Virus record (IMG/VR): IMGVR_UViG_3300045988_173816
Coordinates: 220,027-284,026 of that record
Strand: one strand, 5' to 3'
Origin: a virus
DNA: 64,000 nucleotides
Both the position numbers and the translations under genes were made by a program. The notes below the pieces were generated by a model. That model saw nothing but the letters and a program-made list of their open reading frames with translations, was not told where the DNA came from and searched no databases. Position 1 is the stretch's first letter. Each line of letters begins with the position of its first letter. Positions 47,571 through 56,148 of this stretch are shown in pieces.

Positions 47571-48734
47571 TTGGGAACAGTAAAATTTTCGAATAAAGAC
47601 AGTCAAAATATCTTGTTATTAGAGTTATCTAAGAAAGAGAAATTGGACGGTTCTATTTATCAACAACTGCTTTCTAGTGGTTTCTTATATAGTGTTCCTA
47701 TTCAGTACAATGAGAAAAAACAGATGGTTCGATATGATTTAACAGGTTTGATTTCTCTAAAGGTACGTCTAGGTTCTGCAATTACGATTGACGAGTTTTA
47801 TTTACTGTTAGCTAATCTTTATCATTCCTTCTTAGAGTTAGTAAACAACTTAGGTGTACATCCTTCTTTGTTAGATTGGTCACCAGATTTGATTTTCTTG
47901 GATGTAAAAGGGAATATTTACTTCACAGTGTATCCTCTGGTGACAAAGACTGTTGAAGGTAGTGGTTATTTTCATTTAGTGAGAACTCTAATTACAAAAG
48001 CTAAACCATTTCAATCTGTGGATAATCAAGGTTTAGAAAGATTGAGAGGTTTTTTACAAGCGGTTGAAACTGGTGCTTCGGACAGTGAATCTTTCATTTA
48101 CAATTTAGGTTTGGAGTCTTTGAAATATAAGTCTGAGAACTTAGGTGATTATCAGTCTCCTCAATTGAAGTTGATTTTAGAGGGTGTTGAAAGTATTGAA
48201 GAAGAGCTTAAACCAGAGGTGATAACTGAGGTTGTAGGTGGGGTTGAGTTGGATTTAACTCACTTAGACACTGAGATGATGGAACGCACAGGTTTGTTAG
48301 ATACTTCCTCAGATGATGATTTGGAACACACCACTATGTTAGAGGGTGATGAAGGTCAAGTAGCGCACTCTATTGGGTATCTTCTTCGTTCCAATGGTGA
48401 TTCTTTTGAATTAGATAGTCGTAGTGGTGTTGATACTTGGGTATTTGGTAAAAGACCTAAGTTTGTTTCAAGTGCTGAGTTAGGTTTTTCTTTGTCTGAT
48501 AATAAATTTATCTCAGGGACTCATTTTAGAGTAATTTATGAAGAAGATGAAGATAGATTCTACGTTGAAGATTTGGGTTCTACAAATGGTACATGGTTGA
48601 AAGACTCGACTTCTCAAACTTCGACTTGGTTAGATTCTGAACGTTTAAGTTTAGGAAAACCTAAGATTATTAAAAATGGTGACACTATTCGTATTGCAAA
48701 AGAGGAAGTGCAATTTAAAGTGAAAGAGGTTTAA
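47571..48734 (+). CDS. FHA-domain protein
   Basis: C-terminal WVFGKRP....ISGTHFRV....YVEDLGSTNGTWL....GDTIRIA is a canonical FHA signature. The linker carries DDDLEHTTMLEGDEG. Confidence 0.8.
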   Translation: MGTVKFSNKDSQNILLLELSKKEKLDGSIYQQLLSSGFLYSVPIQYNEKKQMVRYDLTGLISLKVRLGSAITIDEFYLLLANLYHSFLELVNNLGVHPSLLDWSPDLIFLDVKGNIYFTVYPLVTKTVEGSGYFHLVRTLITKAKPFQSVDNQGLERLRGFLQAVETGASDSESFIYNLGLESLKYKSENLGDYQSPQLKLILEGVESIEEELKPEVITEVVGGVELDLTHLDTEMMERTGLLDTSSDDDLEHTTMLEGDEGQVAHSIGYLLRSNGDSFELDSRSGVDTWVFGKRPKFVSSAELGFSLSDNKFISGTHFRVIYEEDEDRFYVEDLGSTNGTWLKDSTSQTSTWLDSERLSLGKPKIIKNGDTIRIAKEEVQFKVKEV

Positions 48735-48735
48735 A

Positions 48736-49506
48736 GTGAGACTAGAATATTATTCCGATAGAGGTGGTTATAACGGTACGTCTCGTGTGCGTGGTTACCG
48801 TGAGCACAATGAAGATACAATTGGTTGTTTTCAATTGGATTTAAAAGGTCAGTCTGCATTACCAATTTATGTTTTAGTTGTTTGTGATGGTATGGGTGGA
48901 GGAGTTCGAGGTAAATACGCTTCGTCATTGACTGTTCAAGCAATTAAGTCTGTGGTTGGTTCAATTACACCATTTGATGAAGATGATGTTGATTTACTTC
49001 GTTTAGTACAGAAAGAAGTTTCAAAGGGTATCCGTAAAGCTCACATGCGCTTGTGTGCAGAGTACGAAAACAAGTCAACGTGTGCAACCACTTGCTCGGT
49101 TGCTATTGTACAAGGCTTTGAGTATTGTACTATTCAAATTGGAGACACAAGGGTTTATGAATTAAGTAGTCAAGGGTTGACTTTGAAAACAGAGGATGAC
49201 TCTTGGGCTTTTAATAAATTGAAATCAGGTGAAATGACTGAAGCTGAAGTTCGAGTTCATAAGAATAGACACATGATTACAAAAGCAGTGGGGGTTTACC
49301 GAGGTTTTCGATTGCAAGAGTCTGATGTTTATACTTTACAAACAGGTTCGGGTATCCTAGTTACCTCAGATGGTTTCTCGGAGTTGTTAACAGAACAAAA
49401 GGCTAAGTTAATTTGGTCTAAGGAAAACCAACTAGAGTCTATGTCTAAGATGATGGTTGGCGAAGGTCAAAAAGACAATATTTCGGCAATTTTTTATATG
49501 CCTTAA
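48736..49506 (+). CDS. PP2C-family Ser/Thr phosphatase
   Basis: RGYREHNEDT, VVCDGMGGG and LVTSDGFSE...DNISAI motifs. Confidence 0.8.
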   Translation: MRLEYYSDRGGYNGTSRVRGYREHNEDTIGCFQLDLKGQSALPIYVLVVCDGMGGGVRGKYASSLTVQAIKSVVGSITPFDEDDVDLLRLVQKEVSKGIRKAHMRLCAEYENKSTCATTCSVAIVQGFEYCTIQIGDTRVYELSSQGLTLKTEDDSWAFNKLKSGEMTEAEVRVHKNRHMITKAVGVYRGFRLQESDVYTLQTGSGILVTSDGFSELLTEQKAKLIWSKENQLESMSKMMVGEGQKDNISAIFYMP

Positions 49507-49547
49507 TATCGGTTTTATTAAGTAACAGTAGAAGTAGGTAGCAGTAA

Positions 49548-50564
49548 ATGACGATTGATATTAAAACTTTAGGTAGAAAACAAGGCTCATTCCTTTTGCA
49601 AGGTATGAGTGTGGGTAAAACTCGCAACGATTCAGATATGTTGCAAGGTTCTATTATTGTACGAGGTGGAGACTTTGTTCGCTTTGTCTGTTTCGACAAT
49701 TTGATTGTGTCTCAGTTTAAAGACAATGGAGTTACCAGTATTTATGTAAGTGATGGTGATGTAACTATTCAAGAGTACAATGATAACTTGTCAGCTAAGT
49801 TAGAAGGTATTCGTAGCTTGTCTTCGGACTACAACCCTGCTGAGTTTATGGAAGTTATTGATCCAAGTAAAAATGCTCATGAAATTGGCGCTTTGGTTCG
49901 CAGATTGATGACGGAGAAAGGCGCCCAGTTGACTTTACACATGTTGAGTGATAGAGGAAAAGAATTGAGTGTTGCAATGGCAGCTCAATACGGAGGGTAT
50001 CATGATGGCAAAGTTGGTGGTTTATTAAACCATATTCGTAAGCTCTTGCGTTATGCTGAGGTTGCTATGACTGAATACGAACTCCTCCACACTATGAGTC
50101 CAGAAGAGCGAGATTTGGTAATTTTGGGCTTGGTAGTTCATGATTTTGGTAAGATTTTGGAATTGAAAAACGGTGCTTATACTGAGATTTCGATTGTACC
50201 TCATACTTATTTAGGGATTGAGATTATTTCTAAGTACAAAGACTTGATTGAGCAGACTTACAATGAAATGTTTTACCGTGAATTACAAGCAATTATTTTA
50301 GAGCACCACGGAGAGTTTGGGGAACGCCCTAAAACCGTCTACGCTTACCTAGTTCATGTTATTGATTTGCTTGATTCAAGGGTATCCGGACTTCAACGAA
50401 AAGTTGAAGGGTTGGAGTTAGGTGACTCTACCTTGGTTTCCTTTGATAATTATAAATTGCAGTTTAATCGTTATGATACAAGTAATACAGGAGCGTTCCC
50501 ACAAGCACCTAAGTCAAGTTCTGTTGCCCCTATTTCAGAAGAAAACTCTGAAACTGTTGATTAG
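49548..50564 (+). CDS. YhaM-like OB-fold + HD-domain phosphohydrolase/3'-5' exonuclease
   Basis: N-terminal OB-like GSFLLQGMSVGKTRNDSDMLQGSIIVRGGDFVRFVCFD. HD motifs LVVHDFGKI and ILEHHGEFGERP. Confidence 0.55.
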   Translation: MTIDIKTLGRKQGSFLLQGMSVGKTRNDSDMLQGSIIVRGGDFVRFVCFDNLIVSQFKDNGVTSIYVSDGDVTIQEYNDNLSAKLEGIRSLSSDYNPAEFMEVIDPSKNAHEIGALVRRLMTEKGAQLTLHMLSDRGKELSVAMAAQYGGYHDGKVGGLLNHIRKLLRYAEVAMTEYELLHTMSPEERDLVILGLVVHDFGKILELKNGAYTEISIVPHTYLGIEIISKYKDLIEQTYNEMFYRELQAIILEHHGEFGERPKTVYAYLVHVIDLLDSRVSGLQRKVEGLELGDSTLVSFDNYKLQFNRYDTSNTGAFPQAPKSSSVAPISEENSETVD

Positions 50565-50585
50565 ATTTTAAGTTTGTGGTACAAT
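50557..50585 (+). promoter_or_regulatory. SigA-type promoter-like sequence (TTGATT-17-TACAAT, TG-extended)
   Basis: -35 at 50557-50562 overlaps the stop of the upstream gene; -10 at 50580-50585, preceded by TGG. Followed within about 20 nt by a terminator hairpin. Confidence 0.4.
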
Positions 50586-50603
50586 ACCATTAAGTAGAAA
50601 AGT

Positions 50604-50627
50604 AAGAGGATTTAATATCCTCTTTTT
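50604..50627 (+). terminator. intrinsic terminator / leader hairpin
   Basis: AAGAGGAT/ATCCTCTT 8-bp stem, 5-nt loop and T-run. Confidence 0.6.
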
Positions 50628-50657
50628 CGTTGATTACAACGAGATTGTAGTAAGAAG

Positions 50658-51263
50658 GTGTTTGATATGTTTGAAAAAGAGAGGGTAATACCTAGAAAAG
50701 CATTGTATTTTTTAATAGGTTTTATGTTTCTATTTGTAATTATTTTGGTCTTACTAGCTAGTTATTTCAGTCCAGTTAAAGAGATTGCACCTAGTCAAGA
50801 TCAGGAACGCCAACAAACGATTGCGAAGGGTGTAACAGACAAGGATTTATCTTTTGACCAACTACCAAGTATCAACTCGGTATCTGAAAGTTCGCCAACT
50901 ACTGATTTTTTGTATACGAAAGAATATCAGTTAAGTCGTTTGGAGAATAAATACAAGTTATCGGAGTTAGATTCTGTTTTAACTAAGCTGGGTGAAGAAT
51001 TTACTTTAGTACAACCTGTAGGTAAAATTGAAGGTGATTCTAATTTAGTTACTTTTCGTTCTCCGAACTATGAGTTGACTTATTCTTTAACTAAAGGTTT
51101 GGTTGGGGTTGGCTATAAAGGTTCTGTAAAGTTGGATCAAGTAGTTCCAAAGTTGTTTGGAGGTAAACAAGTCCAAGAATTAGAGAGCAAAGGTTACGCT
51201 AAAGAAGAGACAACTAAGACAGGGTATCATTACTTTGCACACCCTAAGTTTCAGTTAAATTAG
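50658..51263 (+). CDS. membrane-anchored hypothetical protein
   Basis: GTG start after AAGAAGG. N-terminal TM ALYFLIGFMFLFVIILVLLASYF. Confidence 0.5.
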   Translation: MFDMFEKERVIPRKALYFLIGFMFLFVIILVLLASYFSPVKEIAPSQDQERQQTIAKGVTDKDLSFDQLPSINSVSESSPTTDFLYTKEYQLSRLENKYKLSELDSVLTKLGEEFTLVQPVGKIEGDSNLVTFRSPNYELTYSLTKGLVGVGYKGSVKLDQVVPKLFGGKQVQELESKGYAKEETTKTGYHYFAHPKFQLN

Positions 51264-51275
51264 AAAGGGGAATCT

Positions 51276-52550
51276 ATGAGAAAACAAATTGCGTTATTAA
51301 GTTTATGTAGTATTGTGTTAAGTAGTTCTCCTTTTATGTTGAACTCTACACGTGTGTTAGCAGAGGAGAATAAACCAAGTCAAACTCAAAGTGTGGTGTT
51401 AAAGACTTTGGAGAGAGAAAAAGCTGAGGTAAAAACACAAGCTGAGAGGGTTGGTTTCTTACCAAGTGTCCTTATGGCTCTTTGGGTTCGAAACACTGAT
51501 TTTGGACTAAATCCAAGTGCGTTTTCGGTATCCGATTTTGTATCGGAATTGGTAAATAGTGATTCAGAGTTAGCTCAGAGGTTATTAGAAACAGGTAGCG
51601 CTGATGAAGCAGTTGCTTTGTTGTTTAAGTATAAGTATAGCAATGAGAATGATTTTGTAGGTTCTATGAACTCTGCTCTGTCTTTATCTTATGTAAAAGG
51701 TTTAGATAAAGAACTTTATTATAACGGTGTTAAACCTTTATACGATAAAAGTGAATTAAAGACTGGGAAACAACACAGACTGTCTTGGGTATCTTTAAAT
51801 CAAGATGCAGATTTACCCAGTGAACAGTTAGAATCTAAAGCCGATAGTTCTCTGGCTTTTGAAAGGGTTGGCGAAAAGCGTTTAGCTGAGAGTGGTGAAG
51901 TACGTTTTTTACTACCAACTGAGAATAAACATTGGTGGGAGTTTTGGAAAAAGGGGTTGTCTGAGAGTAAGATAACTTTTGAAAAGGAAACGGTTAACGC
52001 CCCTCAAAATGTTCTAGCTATTGCAAGTGTGTTTGCTAAGAAGTTAGGTTGGTCTTTTGACGGTGCTGGTACAGTTAAGACTTCTAATGGTTTATATGCA
52101 GTTGGTTCAGACAGTCAAAAAGTGCTTGTGAACAAGTTGGGTAAAGTTGTAGCAGTTTGGACAAAAGAAGCAAAACCTTATGGTTTTGAAGGGGTTCAAC
52201 AGATTGTTAAAGGTGCTAATGGGTATCTCACAATCGGTTTACGTTCAAGCAGTTTGTTAGAAGATACACCAAGTGTTGAGTTTGTTTTGAATAAAGAAGG
52301 TAAAGTAGATACAAACTTGTTACAACTCAGCTCAACTGAGAAGGTTGTAGGTACATTTACCTTATATGATGTAGGAACTCGTTATGTAGTTGTTGAAGAT
52401 AGTTCAACAGATACTTATAAAGTTCTCTCAGAATTTGGCGGACAAGTCGGTTCCTCAAATAAAGACGATATTAAAGGTGGAAACTTGGAGGATTTAGCAG
52501 TTTACACTCCAATTAAAACGGAGGTAGGTGTTCTATGGCTTCAAGTTTAA
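51276..52550 (+). CDS. secreted hypothetical protein
   Basis: Signal-peptide-like MRKQIALLSLCSIVLSSSPFMLNSTRVLAEE. Confidence 0.55.
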   Translation: MRKQIALLSLCSIVLSSSPFMLNSTRVLAEENKPSQTQSVVLKTLEREKAEVKTQAERVGFLPSVLMALWVRNTDFGLNPSAFSVSDFVSELVNSDSELAQRLLETGSADEAVALLFKYKYSNENDFVGSMNSALSLSYVKGLDKELYYNGVKPLYDKSELKTGKQHRLSWVSLNQDADLPSEQLESKADSSLAFERVGEKRLAESGEVRFLLPTENKHWWEFWKKGLSESKITFEKETVNAPQNVLAIASVFAKKLGWSFDGAGTVKTSNGLYAVGSDSQKVLVNKLGKVVAVWTKEAKPYGFEGVQQIVKGANGYLTIGLRSSSLLEDTPSVEFVLNKEGKVDTNLLQLSSTEKVVGTFTLYDVGTRYVVVEDSSTDTYKVLSEFGGQVGSSNKDDIKGGNLEDLAVYTPIKTEVGVLWLQV

Positions 52551-53779
52551 AGAAGAGATTGTTGTCTGGTGCTTTACTAGGTGCTACGATACTAACATTA
52601 AGTGGTTCGGTATCCTCAGTCTTTGCAGGTTATACTAATGTTGAGGATATTTCAGAGGATGGTTGGAAAACTATTCGAGGAGCAGCAAAGAAAGCAAAAG
52701 AGTTAGGTATTTCTCCAGAAGCTTTCTCTGGGATGATGGGGAACGCCAATGAGGAGTCTTCCTTCGATGCCACTTTGGAAGAAGCAGGGAATGTAGCTAG
52801 TAGAGGTCTTGGTTTATTCCAGTGGACAGATACTAGTGGGAGTCCTCGAAGAACCCAATATGAAAATTGGGTGAAAGAGAAGGGGTATGACATTAAAGAC
52901 CCAGCTACTGCAGGTGCAGCTTCTATTGAGTACATGAATGAGGAGATGCAAGGAAATTCCGATTTTGGTGCCGGTTTTTGGTCTAGTTATATTCATGGAA
53001 TTTGGGGTAGAAGTGACTTAAATCAAACTTCTAAAAGTTATGATGAATTTAAAAAGGCAAAAGATGTAAAGGGTGCAACTTATGACTTTGTAGCTGCTTT
53101 TGAGAGACCCGCAGCCGATACTTTAGATAAACGAGCTAAAATGGCAGAAGCTATTTATGAGAAAATCAAAGATGAATATGGTACTTCAAACGGAGACGAC
53201 AGTTCAAGCTCTAAGAAGAAAGAGTCGGTATCAGACAATTTGAAACGTTGGTCTGAGGAAGATATTCCGAACATGCCTAAAGACCGTGACTATGGTAAAG
53301 AGGAACGTGGTTTCAAAGATCGTATTGATAAGATTGAGAAGTTAAAAGGTGATGAAGCCACAAGTATTGCTAAGTGGAAAGAAGAACGTGATGTTTCTAT
53401 TCAACGAAGAACGATTAAAGGTACTCGTTTAGTTGTAATGGTGCTTTCTATGATTGCTTTGGTGTATCCTTCATTCTTGCTATTTGCTTATGTGTTTGAC
53501 TCATGGTTTGTTTATGTGGACAGTCCAGCTATGCGTTTAGTAACTTTTAACCGTAGAGCTATTGAGCAGAACAGAAATGGCTCTGGTGGTTTATGGTTTG
53601 CAGACAAGAAAGAAAATGCTCGTTTGAAGACAAAACGTTTAGGTTTAGGAGATACTTTGATTTGGGCTGCAATTTTCAGTATTGTAGGTGTAGCTGGTGT
53701 CTCTGGGTTAATGTATGAAACTGCGGGAAGTATTTGGCAGTTTATTGCAGATTCTTGGGGATATTTTCTCAATGGTTAG
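52535..53779 (+). CDS. secreted lysozyme-like (phage-tail-lysozyme fold) cell-wall hydrolase with C-terminal TM segments
   Basis: Signal peptide. GMMGNANEESSFDATLEE...GLGLFQWTDTSG..R resembles the Phage_lysozyme2/lytic-transglycosylase-like motif (recollection). Two C-terminal hydrophobic segments. Confidence 0.55.
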   Translation: MASSLKKRLLSGALLGATILTLSGSVSSVFAGYTNVEDISEDGWKTIRGAAKKAKELGISPEAFSGMMGNANEESSFDATLEEAGNVASRGLGLFQWTDTSGSPRRTQYENWVKEKGYDIKDPATAGAASIEYMNEEMQGNSDFGAGFWSSYIHGIWGRSDLNQTSKSYDEFKKAKDVKGATYDFVAAFERPAADTLDKRAKMAEAIYEKIKDEYGTSNGDDSSSSKKKESVSDNLKRWSEEDIPNMPKDRDYGKEERGFKDRIDKIEKLKGDEATSIAKWKEERDVSIQRRTIKGTRLVVMVLSMIALVYPSFLLFAYVFDSWFVYVDSPAMRLVTFNRRAIEQNRNGSGGLWFADKKENARLKTKRLGLGDTLIWAAIFSIVGVAGVSGLMYETAGSIWQFIADSWGYFLNG

Positions 53780-53800
53780 AAGAGTTAGGAGTAGATTAGA

Positions 53801-55477
53801 TTGGTTAGAAGTGGATCAGTTAAAACGTATTTAAAAGAGGGTGACATCATTGACAAGTCTTGGGAAGTGATTAAGAAGATTGGTCAAGGTGGGACTGCAA
53901 CTGTTTATTTGGTTCGAGATATTGAATTGAATCGGTATCTTGCATTGAAAGAGGTTCCAGTAAGAAATACTGCGAAGGGTAAGTTACAAGCTAAAGCAGT
54001 TATTGCTGAGATTAGCTTGTTAAAAACCTTGAGTCACCCTTCCATTCCTCGTATTATCAAAATGACTCATGATGCTCATTCAATTTTGATTATTATGGAC
54101 TATATTGATGGTTATTCTTTGCGAGATATTATTCGTAAGAAGAATTATATTCCAGAGTCTATGATTATTCAGTGGGGTGTAGCTTTGTGTAAAACCTTGC
54201 GTTATTTACATAATCATGAGCCTAAGATTATTTATCGAGATTTAAAACCACATAATGTCATGATTACAAATGAAAATCATTTGTACCTTATGGACTTCGG
54301 TATCGCAAAAGAGGTTACGCCTAATTTTGATTATAGTAAAGAACCAAAGTTGGGTACATTAGGTTTTGCAGCACCTGAGATGAGTGCTGATGCAGCATGG
54401 TTTGATGAGCGTTCAGATATTTTTGCTTTAGGTAGAACTTTATTTTTCTTAGCGACTAGAAATAGTCCTTCTGTTACACACATGCCAGATGGTACGCCTA
54501 TTCCGATTTTACCGATTCGACAATATGATTCATCTCGTTCAGTTGGTTTAGAAAAGATTATTCTGAAATGTACGGAGAAAAACCCGGAAGACCGGTATCA
54601 AACGATAGATGAAGTTCTTTATGATTTAGAGCATATTGATGAAATGTCTGAAGGGTTCAGAGCTAAGATTAAGCGCAGAGCGAATATGATTTATTTGTTA
54701 TTTATAACTTTAGTTTTAGGTTTTGTGTTAGTTGGGGGTGGCTTATTATACAGTCGCATTTCTGTTGCAGATACTTATAAGCAAGCTTTAGCCGCAGGGA
54801 AAACCTCTCAGTCTATTGACTCATTGTTGAAGGCTAGTAGTATTGCGCCAAGTGAGGTTGAACCTTACTTAGAGATGGTGAAGATTTATCGAGCTAGTGG
54901 TCATTTTACGAGTGAAGATGAGTTTCAATTGCTGGGTGCTTTGCAAACAAATATTCCAAGTTTGAAGGGTAAAGAAGGTGCAGGAGACTTGCTTTATCAA
55001 GTAGGTCAGTTGTATTGGTTCTATTACCCACAGAACGGTCAAACAAAGTCAGTTTCTTGGTTTGAGCAAGCTAAAGAGTTTGGGGTATCTAAAAAGAATG
55101 CACACTTACTTTCAATTTATTTGGAACTTGGTACATTCAAGAAAGGTATTTTAAGTTCGATTACAGACAACTCTGATAGTGGTATGTATAAGACTTATTG
55201 GGACGCTTTGAGCGAATTAGCAGTTGAAATGGGTGGTGACCCTCAGTTAGAGATTACTTATTTGGAGAGTGTCTTTGATGTAATTGACTCTTACTCAGGT
55301 GGTTTGAAGTCTGATGGTTTGACTTTAGAAGAGTTAACAGAAGTGTTTAATAAAGCAGTTGATTCGTTAAACTCTTATGAAGGTAAAACTGATGAGCAGA
55401 AGAAAACGAAGACTGAGTTACAATCGCGTGTAGATACAATTCGCAATAAGTTAAATACAACTTATGGTGTAAGATAG
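53801..55477 (+). CDS. Hanks-type Ser/Thr protein kinase with TM segment and non-PASTA extracellular domain
   Basis: GQGGTATVY, LALKEV, IIYRDLKPHNVMI, MDFGIAK, GTLGFAAPE. TM IYLLFITLVLGFVLVGGGLLY. No PASTA repeats seen in the C-terminal ~240 aa. Confidence 0.85.
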   Translation: MVRSGSVKTYLKEGDIIDKSWEVIKKIGQGGTATVYLVRDIELNRYLALKEVPVRNTAKGKLQAKAVIAEISLLKTLSHPSIPRIIKMTHDAHSILIIMDYIDGYSLRDIIRKKNYIPESMIIQWGVALCKTLRYLHNHEPKIIYRDLKPHNVMITNENHLYLMDFGIAKEVTPNFDYSKEPKLGTLGFAAPEMSADAAWFDERSDIFALGRTLFFLATRNSPSVTHMPDGTPIPILPIRQYDSSRSVGLEKIILKCTEKNPEDRYQTIDEVLYDLEHIDEMSEGFRAKIKRRANMIYLLFITLVLGFVLVGGGLLYSRISVADTYKQALAAGKTSQSIDSLLKASSIAPSEVEPYLEMVKIYRASGHFTSEDEFQLLGALQTNIPSLKGKEGAGDLLYQVGQLYWFYYPQNGQTKSVSWFEQAKEFGVSKKNAHLLSIYLELGTFKKGILSSITDNSDSGMYKTYWDALSELAVEMGGDPQLEITYLESVFDVIDSYSGGLKSDGLTLEELTEVFNKAVDSLNSYEGKTDEQKKTKTELQSRVDTIRNKLNTTYGVR

Positions 55478-55489
55478 GAGGGGTTACTT

Positions 55490-56047
55490 ATGAATTTAGT
55501 AACAATATTGGGTATCCTTTGTATTCTTGGGTCTACCGTAGGTTTATTGATTATTTCTGCAAAATATGGAATTCGTCCAACTTTGGATACTTATAAAGGT
55601 CGAGATAAACAGAAGGTTTTGAATCGTATTCAAGCTCGTAAGCGCATGATTGGTGCAGAACAAACGATGGAGCTAGTAGAGAAATTTACTGCTTTAGAGG
55701 GTGTATCTCGCACAGGTTCCTTGCGTTCTATGACTACAGGTGCTTTGACTTCTGAGATTTTTAAAAACTCTGATAAGTTAGATAGTTTGTTAGAGAACTT
55801 GATGGATAACAATGCTTCAAATACTGCTAGTTTAGAGGGTGATTCCCCAAGTGTAGGGGTTGGTGCTACAAACGAAGATGCAGTTGAAGAACAAACAGGT
55901 TTGCTTGTTTCAAATAAACCTTTAAGCAGAGCTGAGATAGAAGAGCAACGTTTAATTACAGAGCAGGTCAAGGATTCCGTAGCATTTAGCAACACTCAGA
56001 GTGGTATCTTTAAAGTTACTGCCATTTATGACAATATTGAGTTATAG
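55490..56047 (+). CDS. membrane-anchored hypothetical protein
   Basis: N-terminal TM LVTILGILCILGSTVGLLIISA. Confidence 0.5.
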   Translation: MNLVTILGILCILGSTVGLLIISAKYGIRPTLDTYKGRDKQKVLNRIQARKRMIGAEQTMELVEKFTALEGVSRTGSLRSMTTGALTSEIFKNSDKLDSLLENLMDNNASNTASLEGDSPSVGVGATNEDAVEEQTGLLVSNKPLSRAEIEEQRLITEQVKDSVAFSNTQSGIFKVTAIYDNIEL

Positions 56048-56054
56048 TTTGCTC

Positions 56055-56082
56055 TTGCATAATTAAGAAGTTGTGATATAAT
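56055..56082 (+). promoter_or_regulatory. SigA-type promoter (TTGCAT-16-TATAAT, TG-extended)
   Basis: -35 at 56055-56060 and -10 at 56077-56082, preceded by TGA. Confidence 0.55.
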
Positions 56083-56085
56083 GAA

Positions 56086-56117
56086 AAGAGGATTTGAGGG
56101 TTGTCCTCTTTTTGTTT
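56086..56117 (+). terminator. intrinsic terminator / leader hairpin
   Basis: AAGAGGA/TCCTCTT stem, 11-nt loop, then TTTGTTT. The 5' arm starts only 4 nt after the -10. Confidence 0.5.
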
Positions 56118-56148
56118 AAAAAGTGAAATTGGAAAGACAGGTAAGTAA

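Noticed and set aside
1506-55477. Type VII secretion reading (FtsK-like ATPase as EssC, TM kinase as EssB-like pseudokinase, FHA domain)
   Set aside because: The translocase has a single P-loop domain and no N-terminal FHA domains. The kinase retains all catalytic motifs. No WXG100-like small proteins were noticed. The conjugation-like or segregation reading fits better.
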